A DNA stretch of 64,000 bases from Oligoflexia bacterium (lineage in GTDB: Bacteria > Bdellovibrionota > Bdellovibrionia > JABDDW01). Shown piece after piece: positions 19,738 to 29,780 of this stretch; within the stretch, counting starts at the first letter, position 1; every line of letters begins with the position of its first letter. The notes below the pieces were generated by a model. It searched no databases, was not told where the DNA came from, and saw only the letters and a program-made list of their open reading frames with translations. The translations under genes and the position numbers were made by a program. The stretch spans positions 32,001 to 96,000 of the forward strand of contig JAYTHU010000062.1 in assembly GCA_043732305.1 (NCBI GenBank), read 5' to 3'.

Positions 19738-20868
19738 ATGGGACGTTATAGCTTGGTCGTTACAACTGTCGTCATGTGTTCTCTAGCTCTTGCTGCTTGC
19801 GATACTAGTGATTCCGGAACTGCTGGGGGAGCTGCTGTCGTAGTGACACCATCACAGACCTCATCTTGCACAAATTTGAATGGAGCAGGTGGTGATCCCA
19901 CTGCACTTCCGACAAGCGGGTTAGCTGGAAACCTTTATTATTTAACTGATTCAATGCCCAGATACACCCATGTCGCCGACTATATAACTAAGGGTGTTCA
20001 AGCTCCAGTCACGCTTTATTTAAATCGACTTTACACACCCACTCGCCCATTTGACGAAGGGTTCATCACGAACAGTGGATCATTGGTGCAGACAGCTGCT
20101 GGCAATAGTCTTTACGAATATTTTGCGCTCCACCTGGAAAGCACTTTGCAGCTGAGGGAAAGCGACACGGATGGTTTTTATCAGTTGGCGCTATTGAGTG
20201 ATGACGGATCCATCATGCAGCTCAACCAAACTGGCGAAGGATACACTAATTTTATTAATGATGATGGCACTCACGCCACTCAATTGGCCTGTGCCAGTTC
20301 CGCCATCTACATGAATCACTTTACTAAAATTCCGATGAAGCTTGATTACTATCAAGGTCCTCGATATCACATCGCACTAAATTTGATCTGGAGACAGGTC
20401 GCTTCATCGACCTCGAATCTCACCGATCCACTCTGTGGACAAAGTGGGAACTCACTTTTCTGGGATCCAACCACCACACCTTCCACTCCACTTGCTTTTA
20501 ACGATTTAAATTTTCGCGGATGGAATATCTTGAACACAGAAAACTTTAAACTCCCTGCTAGCGCCTCAATAAACCCTTGTGGACAGACCACTCCAGTGAC
20601 AATCACAAATTTGAACATTGCGAATGTGACTCAAACTGGGGCCACAATCACTTGGGATTCAAATGTGAATGCGAATTCCATTGTGACTTATTCAGCTTAT
20701 CCGTACACCGTTTTTCAGACATCTGCGGATCCGACATTAACAAAGAGCCATTCTGTCACACTCTCTGGACTAACGGCCTTCACTCTTTACGATATCACTG
20801 TGACCTCACAAGCAGACTCTGCGAATCAAGCCACAAGTCCAGACACTACGTTTAAAACTCTGCGATAG
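19738..20868 (+). CDS. PA14-domain lipoprotein with C-terminal FN3-like domain
   Basis: Lipobox LAAC; YQLALLSDDGS..FINDDGTH..LDYYQG (PA14); ATITWDSN..HSVTLSGL..YDITV (FN3). Confidence 0.8.
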   Translation: MGRYSLVVTTVVMCSLALAACDTSDSGTAGGAAVVVTPSQTSSCTNLNGAGGDPTALPTSGLAGNLYYLTDSMPRYTHVADYITKGVQAPVTLYLNRLYTPTRPFDEGFITNSGSLVQTAAGNSLYEYFALHLESTLQLRESDTDGFYQLALLSDDGSIMQLNQTGEGYTNFINDDGTHATQLACASSAIYMNHFTKIPMKLDYYQGPRYHIALNLIWRQVASSTSNLTDPLCGQSGNSLFWDPTTTPSTPLAFNDLNFRGWNILNTENFKLPASASINPCGQTTPVTITNLNIANVTQTGATITWDSNVNANSIVTYSAYPYTVFQTSADPTLTKSHSVTLSGLTAFTLYDITVTSQADSANQATSPDTTFKTLR

Positions 20869-20907
20869 TCCAGTCACACTTTCCATCTACTTTGTCGATA
20901 AAGTAGG

Positions 20908-23172
20908 GTGGATAAATATCTTGTATCGTTAGCTATTTTACTATTTTTGGCGGAAAGCGTTTGGCTTTCTCACGATATAAATTCGACTTCTACAAATTCC
21001 CAATCCCATTCTTTAGGCAAGTCTTTAGGAAAAATCGAAAATTTTAAAAGTCAGGTCCGAAAAAGATCGCAAGATAGTTTGATTTGGGAGAACACGCAAA
21101 TTGAACAACCACTTTTTGCGTACGATTCCGTTTTAACTATGAGCCAATCGACCGCAGATATTTCTTTGCAAGGCGGAAGTGGCATCTCTATGAACGAGAA
21201 CACACTTCTCACTATCGAACCGCCACTGCCTGGTGAAGCGAACGGTCCATTGCGCTTACGTTTCAAAAAAGGAAATATCAGAACCATTGCGGGGCGCGAG
21301 CCACAGAGTTTGAGCGCAGGGGAATATATTATATCCGCCGGGCGTGACTCTCAGGTGAACTTGCGTTCAAGCGGCGAGGACAAAATTGAAATAGAAGCCC
21401 AATCTGGTGCAATAAAAATCATTGATGCAAAAACAATGTTTGTTGCAGAGGTGATTCAACCTGGCGAATCCGCACAAATAGAAAACCATCAGATTCTAAA
21501 AGAAAAAATCTCCGGGAATCTCCAGTGGGTATATCCGGTGGACGGACAGAAAATTTACACCCATGAAAGTCAAAGTGACGTCTCTTTTTCTTGGAAGACG
21601 TTTGGCAATGACGAAAGCATGGTAAAAAGTGTTGAGGCCAGCGGCAAAATGTTTGCGCTCAATCCTGGTACGTCTGATTTTCACTCTCAGTTTTCACTGG
21701 GAAATTATCTAGTGAAACTAAACACTGCGAGTGCCTCTACATTTGCCAGAGCGCTGTATGTTTGGGCAGCTCCTAAAATTCATCTAGTTTTTCCAGTTGC
21801 CCGGCAGCGTTTCAAAAAAGAAGAAACAGTCAACTTTCTTTGGACACGATCCGACGGCGTCAAAGATTACGAAATGCAAATCGCAACCGATATCGAATTT
21901 AAAAATATCGTCAAGGAATCAAAATCTTCTCAACTGGGCTCAACCGTAGACGGTTTACCTAAGGGAGAGTATTTCTGGAGAGTCAAAGGATTTGATGATT
22001 CGAATTTTGAGATTCCTGAACTTTATAAAAGTGTTTTTTATATTTTAGAAAAGCCGCTGGAAGCTCCTAAGCTCAGACCCGCGGTGATAGAAGATGACAC
22101 CTCACTAAGAAAAGATGTTAAGCCTTCAGGCAAACTTACTAAGTTGCTTTCTAAAATTTGGAAATTAATCCTTCCTCAAGCTGAAGCCGACGAGACGGGC
22201 AGAACTAGTGAAATTAAATCCTATTCTGCAGAATTTCAGTGGGAAAAAGTTGAGGAGGCTGCGTCCTACGTGATTGAAATTTCAGATTCACCAGAATTTC
22301 GAGAAAACATCAGATCACATCATGTCTCTAGAGAAAAATTTAAATGGAGAAATTTTAAGCTGGGAAGATATTACTGGCGAGTAGCGGCGGAAGACGCAAG
22401 AGGCGAACTCGGACTATTTAGCGAAACAGCATTTACCGACCTCACAAAAATTCCCACTAAACCAATTTTGCCTTTGGCGATTCCAAAAACTATGGCCAAA
22501 ACTCAATCTCCAAAATTAGATTTGGTACCTCCGGTGATTGCGTCGGTGGAAACTCCGGTTAGGCCAGAACCAAAAATTGAATACACAGATCCTTGGGACT
22601 TCAGTCTGATGTTTGGTACCCATTATGATATTTCTAGTTTTAGTGGATCAGACTTCACAGCTAAATATTCCGGACTTGCTATCGGAGATTTTTCATTGAT
22701 CATAGCACCACCCGTCGAAAAATTTGAGTCTTGGAAATTGGAATTTGAATTTCATGCCCTCTCGCTAAAAGCTAAACCCACAAGCACCTTTCCATTTCAA
22801 GATTTACTGAACACCAGCACTTTGAGATTTGCTTTTGTGCAGAACGAAAAATGGGGAATCTACGTCAGTCAATATCTCGCCTTCAAACGCACTGATCTGG
22901 AAGATCTGGCAACACTGAAATTTTGGGGTGTGGGTCCAATGATTGAAACTCTAAATCCAGGAGACATGAAAGAAACGCGATACCGAATTGCATTTGTGGG
23001 CGGGCAAGTTTACGCTCTAGATGCGAGTATTAATGAAACTTGGTATCTGGATGCTTGGCCTACCACTCAGTGGAGTTTTACCGTAGAATCCCGTGCGGCA
23101 AGTGGACTCACTCTCAACCGAGATTTCTTTTATGATATAGGCGGATATTTGTGGTTAGGCTTTCATTGGTGA
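20908..23172 (+). CDS. FecR-domain protein with FN3-like repeats and C-terminal beta-rich region
   Basis: N-terminal TM; DSVLT..S.A.I....I.MNENT (FecR); two YEMQIA..F / GxYxWRV repeats. Confidence 0.75.
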   Translation: MDKYLVSLAILLFLAESVWLSHDINSTSTNSQSHSLGKSLGKIENFKSQVRKRSQDSLIWENTQIEQPLFAYDSVLTMSQSTADISLQGGSGISMNENTLLTIEPPLPGEANGPLRLRFKKGNIRTIAGREPQSLSAGEYIISAGRDSQVNLRSSGEDKIEIEAQSGAIKIIDAKTMFVAEVIQPGESAQIENHQILKEKISGNLQWVYPVDGQKIYTHESQSDVSFSWKTFGNDESMVKSVEASGKMFALNPGTSDFHSQFSLGNYLVKLNTASASTFARALYVWAAPKIHLVFPVARQRFKKEETVNFLWTRSDGVKDYEMQIATDIEFKNIVKESKSSQLGSTVDGLPKGEYFWRVKGFDDSNFEIPELYKSVFYILEKPLEAPKLRPAVIEDDTSLRKDVKPSGKLTKLLSKIWKLILPQAEADETGRTSEIKSYSAEFQWEKVEEAASYVIEISDSPEFRENIRSHHVSREKFKWRNFKLGRYYWRVAAEDARGELGLFSETAFTDLTKIPTKPILPLAIPKTMAKTQSPKLDLVPPVIASVETPVRPEPKIEYTDPWDFSLMFGTHYDISSFSGSDFTAKYSGLAIGDFSLIIAPPVEKFESWKLEFEFHALSLKAKPTSTFPFQDLLNTSTLRFAFVQNEKWGIYVSQYLAFKRTDLEDLATLKFWGVGPMIETLNPGDMKETRYRIAFVGGQVYALDASINETWYLDAWPTTQWSFTVESRAASGLTLNRDFFYDIGGYLWLGFHW

Positions 23173-24831
23173 ACGATTTTTAAACTTAAACATGAGTTTA
23201 AATAACTGAGTGATCATAAAACATAGCGAAAGCACTAAACTAAATTCTCCAGGCCCATCCAAAGTTCCGCAAGACGGTTGAAAAGTAAAATTCGATTGGC
23301 TTTTACCATCAAAATTAGCCGTAAGAGAAAATATCTCGAGAGGAACCGGAAGTGGTGGTGCCGCAAAAGCTGCAGGCAAGTACCTAAAACTTATTTTAAA
23401 TCGAAAATACCTTTTACCTTGTAGTGCAGAGACGTTTGTCGCCGCAACAAATCCTGTGTCATCATTCACAAAACTATCACTGCTTCCAGCAACTAAAAGC
23501 GTAGCCGTACTTGTTCCGGGAAGATTCACATTCATTATAAATGAATTGTAAGTTGGGTTCGTATTTTTCACATCATAGGCCAGAGATTGCACCGTGTAGA
23601 CGAGTTCAGAAAAAAGTGGCTGCCCATTGTCTCCAAGATTAGCAATTGGAACTTCGGAATTTGTCTCGGTAAAAACTTCTCCTTGAAGCAACCAGGTGCG
23701 GCCATTGGCTCCAGCACCACCGGTTCCCGTTCCGGAGACAATTGTTCCGCCGGTTCCATTGAGGGCATTGATTGAATGCACGGGGCCTGTCGCAGAAAAA
23801 TTTCCCATCGTTTGAATCCAAATTGCTCCGCCCGCACCACCGCCACCAGATCCAGAAGTGTCCGCGCCAGATTCTGAGCCACCATTTCCGCCATTTGCTA
23901 AAATATATCCGGTGTTGGTAAAATCTCCGACGCAAGTGATTCGAATCACACCGCCACCAGCACCACCCCCGGCACCACTGCTAGCGCCAACAGTTGTTGA
24001 ATATCCGCCGCCGCCGCCGCCACTTCCACCGCCAGGTCCGCCGATTAAGTTTGAAAATGCTGTGATATATGGATCAAGCAAAGATGTTCCACCGGCACCA
24101 GGCCCTGTGCCAGCGCCATTTGTGCCCGCAAGATTGGAATAATAGCCGCCGCCGCCACCGCCGCCCCCCGCATTGTTCACAGCTTGGCCGCCGCCTGCTC
24201 CGCCCGCGACTGTGCAAGCACCATTTGCAAGTGAGCATCCACTCACGCCGGTGACAGCAGTGCTTCCAACATATCCGCCGGCGCCACCATTTCCGCCGCC
24301 ACATTTTCCGCTTCCGCCACTCGGTGAATTGGCCGTGGTGGGGGTAGTGCCTGAACCATTGCCACCGCTGCAGTCGATAGTTCCACTGTTAGTAAAAGTT
24401 CCTAAAACTTTAAACCAAAGTGGGTTAGCACCTTGGCCTTTGATAACCCAGCCTGGAGCCAAATTAAACGAAGTGAATTTTAAAACGGGGTGAACTGAAG
24501 TGTCTATGATGATGGTGTTTCCTGCCGTTGATCCACCGATACTGAAATTTGCGTAAGTGCTTACATCAAATGAGCCATCACTTCCGTCCCCCACATCTGT
24601 AATTGGAGAAAACTCGCTATAGATTGCGGTTGTGGTGGATACCGCCATTTGCGGGTGAATCATTTTTAGAGAAGTATTCCAAACGCCCGTGGAATTTGCT
24701 TTGTCAGAATATGTCGAAGTAGAAAAATTCTCAACAATTTGGGACGCAGAGGCGCTACCGACTGGAAGAAAAATCAGCAGTGAATTTAAAATTACTAAAA
24801 ATTGAATGATCGAAACTCTGAAAGTTTCCAT
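23155..24831 (-). CDS. Secreted glycine-rich surface protein with C-terminal Cys/TM sorting-like tail
   Basis: Signal peptide (ASA); GDGSDG and GGGGGG/GGAGG blocks; tail SCGTLDGPGEFSLVLSLCFMITQLFKLMFKFKNR. Confidence 0.75.
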   Translation of the reverse strand: METFRVSIIQFLVILNSLLIFLPVGSASASQIVENFSTSTYSDKANSTGVWNTSLKMIHPQMAVSTTTAIYSEFSPITDVGDGSDGSFDVSTYANFSIGGSTAGNTIIIDTSVHPVLKFTSFNLAPGWVIKGQGANPLWFKVLGTFTNSGTIDCSGGNGSGTTPTTANSPSGGSGKCGGGNGGAGGYVGSTAVTGVSGCSLANGACTVAGGAGGGQAVNNAGGGGGGGGYYSNLAGTNGAGTGPGAGGTSLLDPYITAFSNLIGGPGGGSGGGGGGYSTTVGASSGAGGGAGGGVIRITCVGDFTNTGYILANGGNGGSESGADTSGSGGGGAGGAIWIQTMGNFSATGPVHSINALNGTGGTIVSGTGTGGAGANGRTWLLQGEVFTETNSEVPIANLGDNGQPLFSELVYTVQSLAYDVKNTNPTYNSFIMNVNLPGTSTATLLVAGSSDSFVNDDTGFVAATNVSALQGKRYFRFKISFRYLPAAFAAPPLPVPLEIFSLTANFDGKSQSNFTFQPSCGTLDGPGEFSLVLSLCFMITQLFKLMFKFKNRSPMKA

Positions 24832-24832
24832 T

Positions 24833-25630
24833 TCACGCCGCTTTTGGAATCTTGCTCAAAAGATCAAATGATTCCACATGATATTTATTTACCTTAACCG
24901 CTTTGCGTAAAAATTCTTCGGCTTGTGTCATTTCACCTAAAAGATAATGACAGTGGCCTAAATTATAAAGAACATCTGCGTTGTCAGGAAAATGATCGTC
25001 AGCGTCCTGACAAAGTTTCACGGCTTTTTCAAACCATTTTATTTTTTTATACGAGTTAACAAGTTTTAGAATCAAAATAATATTTAACCTGGTGACGTCA
25101 ATTTCCTCAGGTGGATTTTCAGGATCAAATTCTCCGCTCTCGTAAACATCTCCAAGCTCTCCTGCAGCACGTTCGGCCACATCAACATTTCCGAATTCAT
25201 CAGCGAGAGACTCTTCAAAAAAGTCAGCGCTGGGATCACCTTTACCGTTGAGGAGATTCATCACTTTTTCTTTGAGAATTTCACTTCTAAAAGGTTTCAC
25301 TATATAGGCGTCGACGTGGGCTTTTGCAGCTTTGGTGATTTTCATTCTCTCGCGAGATCCTTGAGAGGTGACCATCAAAAACAGAACGTGACTCAAACCC
25401 GTTTCTTTTCTAACCGCTTTAAGAAGCGTAAGTCCGTCGATGTGAGGCATTTCCCAATCCGAAATGATAAAATTAATATTGGGTGTCGCCCGAATTAATT
25501 TAAGTGCGGCTTTGCCATTTTTAGCTTCGAGAATATTATGAAAGCCAAAACTTTTTAGATATTGAACAAGAATGTCCCGAACTAGACCGTCGTCGTCGAC
25601 AATCAGGAAAATCTTTTCTGCATACTTCAC
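24833..25630 (-). CDS. Response regulator (receiver + acidic linker + TPR)
   Basis: LIVDDD, ISDWEMP..DG, YIVKPF; C-terminal YNLGHCHY TPR. Confidence 0.9.
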   Translation of the reverse strand: MKYAEKIFLIVDDDGLVRDILVQYLKSFGFHNILEAKNGKAALKLIRATPNINFIISDWEMPHIDGLTLLKAVRKETGLSHVLFLMVTSQGSRERMKITKAAKAHVDAYIVKPFRSEILKEKVMNLLNGKGDPSADFFEESLADEFGNVDVAERAAGELGDVYESGEFDPENPPEEIDVTRLNIILILKLVNSYKKIKWFEKAVKLCQDADDHFPDNADVLYNLGHCHYLLGEMTQAEEFLRKAVKVNKYHVESFDLLSKIPKAA

Positions 25631-26913
25631 AATGCCTCTCCTTCTTCAATGGGAAGAAGAATAGTAAACTCAGCTCCCCCTTGAATATGATTGGTGACAG
25701 TCAATTTGCCTTGATGGCTGATCTCGATAACTTCTTTGCAAACACAAAGTCCGAGGCCGGTTCCCTTTTTACCCTTAGTAGTAAAAAAAGCATCAAACAA
25801 AGAGCCAAGATGTTCAGGTTTAATCCCTGGCCCGGAATCGTGAACCTTGATCTCTAGAATTTTATTTATAAGTTGGGCGCTAATTTCTATCTTGCCTTCA
25901 TCATCAATGGCGTGAGTAGCATTGATAATCAAGTTCATAAAAACTTGGACCAATGCTGAATGATTCCCCGGAATTTTCGGAAGACTATCGAGGCCAGAAA
26001 GTATCACCGTGATGCTTCGCTTGTTCAATTCATGTTCCATGAGCATGATGGTGTCTTCAATGGGTTTGGAAATATCCACGGGTTGCATGGTTTCATCTTC
26101 AAACTTTGGATTTGAAAGACTTTTGAAACGCTCCAATACTTTGCTCGCGTGTTCAGACGCGACCAAAATCATTTCTAGAGCTTTTTTCATTTCTTCAGAG
26201 CTTGAATTTCTCGAGAGATCAGCCTTACCCATTATCTGAAGTAAAATATTTCCAAACTCATGGCCCACGTTCCGAGAAACTGCTGCAACGGCTAGATTTT
26301 TTTCATGAGTGTTGATTTGCTTTTTCATTTCATCAAGATAGTTTTGCTGAGAAATTTGCTTTTGTCGAATATTCCACATTGACACCATTCCGCGTGCTTT
26401 TTGCAGAATTTCACCCTCAGAGAATGGTTTATTGAGATAGTCCCACATGTCTTTGAAGTCATTACCAAAAACTTTTTGGATACCGTTCACATGACGATCT
26501 TGATAAGCCGTGACCAACACCGCGTGCATTGATGGATCAAGTTCGTGAATTTGTCTTACGGTTTCAATGCCATCGATGCCGCCACCTAAAAGCACGTCGA
26601 AAAATCCCATGGCAAAAGGCTTGCCTTCGGAGCGTGCATTTCGAACTGCAATCACAGCATCTTCACCAGTGCTTACAACTACCAACTCAAAAAGATCAGC
26701 ATCACTAGCGTCCTTAACGACCTCTACAGTTTTGGACCGACTGCTCTTGAGTGCGACGACATTGGATTTTGGGGTGAGAATATCTTGATAGGCTTGCAGT
26801 ATTTCTTTTTCATCGTCGACAATTAGAATGCGACGACTCTCTGGCCATTTAAGTAGAAATGTATGTTGATGAGCCAATTTCTGGCCTGAAATTTTAAAAG
26901 GTAATGTCTTCAT
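25627..26913 (-). CDS. Receiver-histidine kinase hybrid
   Basis: ILIVDDE..FFDV..KPF; HEFGN H-box; NLIINA, DSGPGI, FFTTK, GTGLGL. Confidence 0.92.
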   Translation of the reverse strand: MKTLPFKISGQKLAHQHTFLLKWPESRRILIVDDEKEILQAYQDILTPKSNVVALKSSRSKTVEVVKDASDADLFELVVVSTGEDAVIAVRNARSEGKPFAMGFFDVLLGGGIDGIETVRQIHELDPSMHAVLVTAYQDRHVNGIQKVFGNDFKDMWDYLNKPFSEGEILQKARGMVSMWNIRQKQISQQNYLDEMKKQINTHEKNLAVAAVSRNVGHEFGNILLQIMGKADLSRNSSSEEMKKALEMILVASEHASKVLERFKSLSNPKFEDETMQPVDISKPIEDTIMLMEHELNKRSITVILSGLDSLPKIPGNHSALVQVFMNLIINATHAIDDEGKIEISAQLINKILEIKVHDSGPGIKPEHLGSLFDAFFTTKGKKGTGLGLCVCKEVIEISHQGKLTVTNHIQGGAEFTILLPIEEGEAL

Positions 26914-28982
26914 GCCGCAGCCTCTTGAGTTCTAACGCTCACTGGAATTTCGATTCGAAATCGAGTTTCTCCACTATCGCTGGCAACCAAAAATAAATCG
27001 CCGTTAAAAGCACGAACAAATCTTCGACTAATGTTAAGTCCAAGTCCTGTTCCAATTTCTGGTGATTTTGTTGAGAAATTATTCTCAAATATCTTAATTT
27101 TATTCTCGGGTGAAATTCCGATTCCATTGTCCACAATATCGATTATTAGTTTGTCTTTTTCATTTCGCGTTTCTATTTGAATTTTCCCTCGTGCATTTTT
27201 ATTTTCGATGATCGCATGGAGAGCATTTTTCATCACGTTGGTCATCACCTGGATGAGTTCGTCGCGATCCACAAAAATTAAATCAGAATTTGCGAGATAT
27301 TTCTCTTCCACGATAATCTTGTTCTTAGAAAATAAGTCAGCAACAATATTGATCGAGTCGTGAAGAACATCATGTGCTTTATATTGAGATTTTTGCCCAC
27401 CCATATGACTGAGAGATCGCATGCTGCCGAGGATTTTTTCTATCCTACTCACTTGTTGCAAAAGAAATTGAGTGTCGTTACCCAAAGAATCTAGCCCCTC
27501 ATCCCACCTCTTGAAAACCTCATTTATATTTCCAAGATCCTCTTGAAGAAGAGTTTGCTTTGGATCTAGAACCGAAGGCTCATTTAGGGATTTCATAAAT
27601 CCGTCAAAACCTTTTTCCTTGAGATCGCCTTTCCAAGCGGAAAGGATATCTCCGAGGAGATTTTTATCTGCGGCCACTTCTTCATTGAGCTTCTTCTGCA
27701 CTTTTTGGATACGGGCCATGATGCTAGTCAAAGGATTCAAAACCTCATGTGCTGCGCGGCCGGCAATTTCCCCAACTGACGCTAACCGAGTTGTTTTGAG
27801 AAGAGCCTCTTGAGCTTCCTTCACTGCATGATTCTGTTCTTCTAATTTTTTCGTTCGATCAGCAACCTTATTTTCGAGTTCTATATTTATTTCAACAAGC
27901 TGTTCACGAGAATTTTTCAAGTCCGTGGTCATCTGGTTGAACGAATGGGAGAGCACAGAAATTTCATCTCTCGAATTTACTATCAATTCAGTACTGAGAT
28001 TGCCTTCAGAAACTTTTTGAATTGCCGCTAATAGATTCTGTAGCGGTCGAGTCAAAGTGCGAGACAAAAATATGGTTGCGATAAAAGCTACGGTGCTGAC
28101 CATCAAGGCAAAAATAAATGAACGTCGCAAAAGATGTGTCACCGCCACGAAAGCTTTCTCACTCTCAACTTGGGAAACAATGCTCACTCCAGCAAATCCA
28201 GTTTTAGAATAAGCACCAAGAAAGCTTGATCCATTCTCGTTGAATTCTAAAGCACCACTCGACATCGATCCTTGGCGAAGCTCTTTCACGATGGGAGCCT
28301 CAGAAAAATCCGCGCCCTCCGCCATCAACTCGTTTCTAGGGTGAAGAAGCACATGACCTTTTTGATCTACTATATAAGCTTGGGTGAGAGACGCCGCTTT
28401 CAGATTTTTTAAAAAGACATCGGCTTTAAGAAATCCCACCACCGCCATTATTTTTTCGGGCTGCCCGCTAGCTCCGTCTTGAATAACGGAAATTCCCACG
28501 CCAATCAAAGGGGGATAATCCTTGAGGCTCGCATTCCAGACGCTCAAAGAAGAGGATTGAATGTCGTCGAATGGAATTGGTTTTGCTAAGGCTAATTTTC
28601 CTTCAAAATAATCGGATTCCAGATTGTACAATTTTTGAAACTCTTGATCTGAAACTTGAGAAGCGAGTTTCAGTTTGCCATCTAGCCCGCGCTCATAAAG
28701 CTCCATGCGGACCATCAGAGGATCGTGATCAATTATTTCTTGAAAGGAATTTTTATTTCCCAAATGCGCGTACAGCTTGAGTTTATCACTCGCCCCACGC
28801 AAAGAAGTTTCAACTTCTGCTCCGAGGGTTGTGACCAATCCTTTGTTCAAATCGAAAATAAGCAATCGCTTGTCTTCTTTAAAAATCCCCATAGCCAACC
28901 AAAGATAAAAGCCTATGGCAGTGACCAGAAGAATTGTCACAACGGACAAAATTTTATATCGAATTGAGAATTTAACATTCAT
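26910..28982 (-). CDS. Membrane sensor histidine kinase (Cache-like + HAMP)
   Basis: Two TM helices, HAMP (LTRPL..DEI..L..SFNQM), AHEVLNPL, DNGIGI, GTGLGL. Confidence 0.93.
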   Translation of the reverse strand: MNVKFSIRYKILSVVTILLVTAIGFYLWLAMGIFKEDKRLLIFDLNKGLVTTLGAEVETSLRGASDKLKLYAHLGNKNSFQEIIDHDPLMVRMELYERGLDGKLKLASQVSDQEFQKLYNLESDYFEGKLALAKPIPFDDIQSSSLSVWNASLKDYPPLIGVGISVIQDGASGQPEKIMAVVGFLKADVFLKNLKAASLTQAYIVDQKGHVLLHPRNELMAEGADFSEAPIVKELRQGSMSSGALEFNENGSSFLGAYSKTGFAGVSIVSQVESEKAFVAVTHLLRRSFIFALMVSTVAFIATIFLSRTLTRPLQNLLAAIQKVSEGNLSTELIVNSRDEISVLSHSFNQMTTDLKNSREQLVEINIELENKVADRTKKLEEQNHAVKEAQEALLKTTRLASVGEIAGRAAHEVLNPLTSIMARIQKVQKKLNEEVAADKNLLGDILSAWKGDLKEKGFDGFMKSLNEPSVLDPKQTLLQEDLGNINEVFKRWDEGLDSLGNDTQFLLQQVSRIEKILGSMRSLSHMGGQKSQYKAHDVLHDSINIVADLFSKNKIIVEEKYLANSDLIFVDRDELIQVMTNVMKNALHAIIENKNARGKIQIETRNEKDKLIIDIVDNGIGISPENKIKIFENNFSTKSPEIGTGLGLNISRRFVRAFNGDLFLVASDSGETRFRIEIPVSVRTQEAAA

Positions 28983-29076
28983 ACAAGGATTTATCGGATA
29001 TTAGGCAGCAGAACAAAAGGTAGGAATGTCTTGATTTTTCAGCAGTTTAGAGAGATTTCAAGCCCTAAGTCTGGGA

Positions 29077-29436
29077 TTAAACCAGAACGTAGTGGAGAAG
29101 TGTGCTCACAATCGTCAAGACGAGAGCGCCCAAAATCGCAGCTCCCCAGGTTTTCACATTAAATCCAGGCAGCAAGGCAGCACAGATTTTTATCACCATG
29201 CCATTGACGACAAACGTAAATAGACCCAATGTTAAAACGTTCAGTGGCAAAGTGAGGAAAATAAGGATCGGCCAAATGATGGTGTTCGCGATGGCAATCA
29301 GCACGGCTGCAGAAAGAGCTGACCAGAATCCTGAAACCTCAAATCCTTTGATCAACTTAGCGGTAATAATAACCGAGACTGCTGAGATTACCCAATGGAT
29401 CATATAATAAATGAGAGCGTGTGTGTCTGTAATCAT
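29077..29436 (-). CDS. YvlD / 4-TM 'phage holin family' membrane protein
   Basis: PILIFLTLPLNVLTLGLFTFVVNG motif. Confidence 0.85.
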   Translation of the reverse strand: MITDTHALIYYMIHWVISAVSVIITAKLIKGFEVSGFWSALSAAVLIAIANTIIWPILIFLTLPLNVLTLGLFTFVVNGMVIKICAALLPGFNVKTWGAAILGALVLTIVSTLLHYVLV

Positions 29437-29470
29437 GGGAGTATCTAATCACAATTAACGGGAGTATCAA

Positions 29471-29725
29471 ATGAAAACTGTAACAGTCTATACAATGAAC
29501 AATTGTCCTTTTTGCGAGGCATCAAAAAAGCTTTTAAAATCTAGAGGCGTCGAGTTTGAAGAAAAAAAAGTTGGTGAAGATGATGACGCTGAGTGGGAAA
29601 GACTTTTGAAACTTTCAGGATTACGAACAATGCCGCAAATTTTCAATGGAGATAATCTTATTGGCGGATTTGATTCACTTTCAGAGCTGGATAAAAAAGA
29701 TCAACTGGCCTCGCTTAAAAAATAA
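29471..29725 (+). CDS. grxC: Glutaredoxin
   Basis: CPFC, RTMPQIF, IGGFD. Confidence 0.9.
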   Translation: MKTVTVYTMNNCPFCEASKKLLKSRGVEFEEKKVGEDDDAEWERLLKLSGLRTMPQIFNGDNLIGGFDSLSELDKKDQLASLKK

Positions 29726-29752
29726 AAACCCAGAAGTTTTGCCTCTGGGTTT
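29726..29752. terminator. Bidirectional terminator between grx and DEAD-box gene
   Basis: AAACCCAGA...TCTGGGTTT inverted repeat between convergent genes. Confidence 0.65.
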
Positions 29753-29780
29753 CTAACTATTATAAACTTAATTGCCGTTG

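Noticed and set aside
23820..24370. GCC/CCG-rich repeats and Pro- or Arg-rich ORFs in other frames
   Set aside because: They are glycine codons of the minus-strand Gly-rich gene; no spacer periodicity, so not CRISPR or an independent repeat.
29077..29436. 'Phage holin' as prophage evidence
   Set aside because: YvlD-type 4-TM family is a common chromosomal gene; no endolysin, integrase or structural phage genes nearby.
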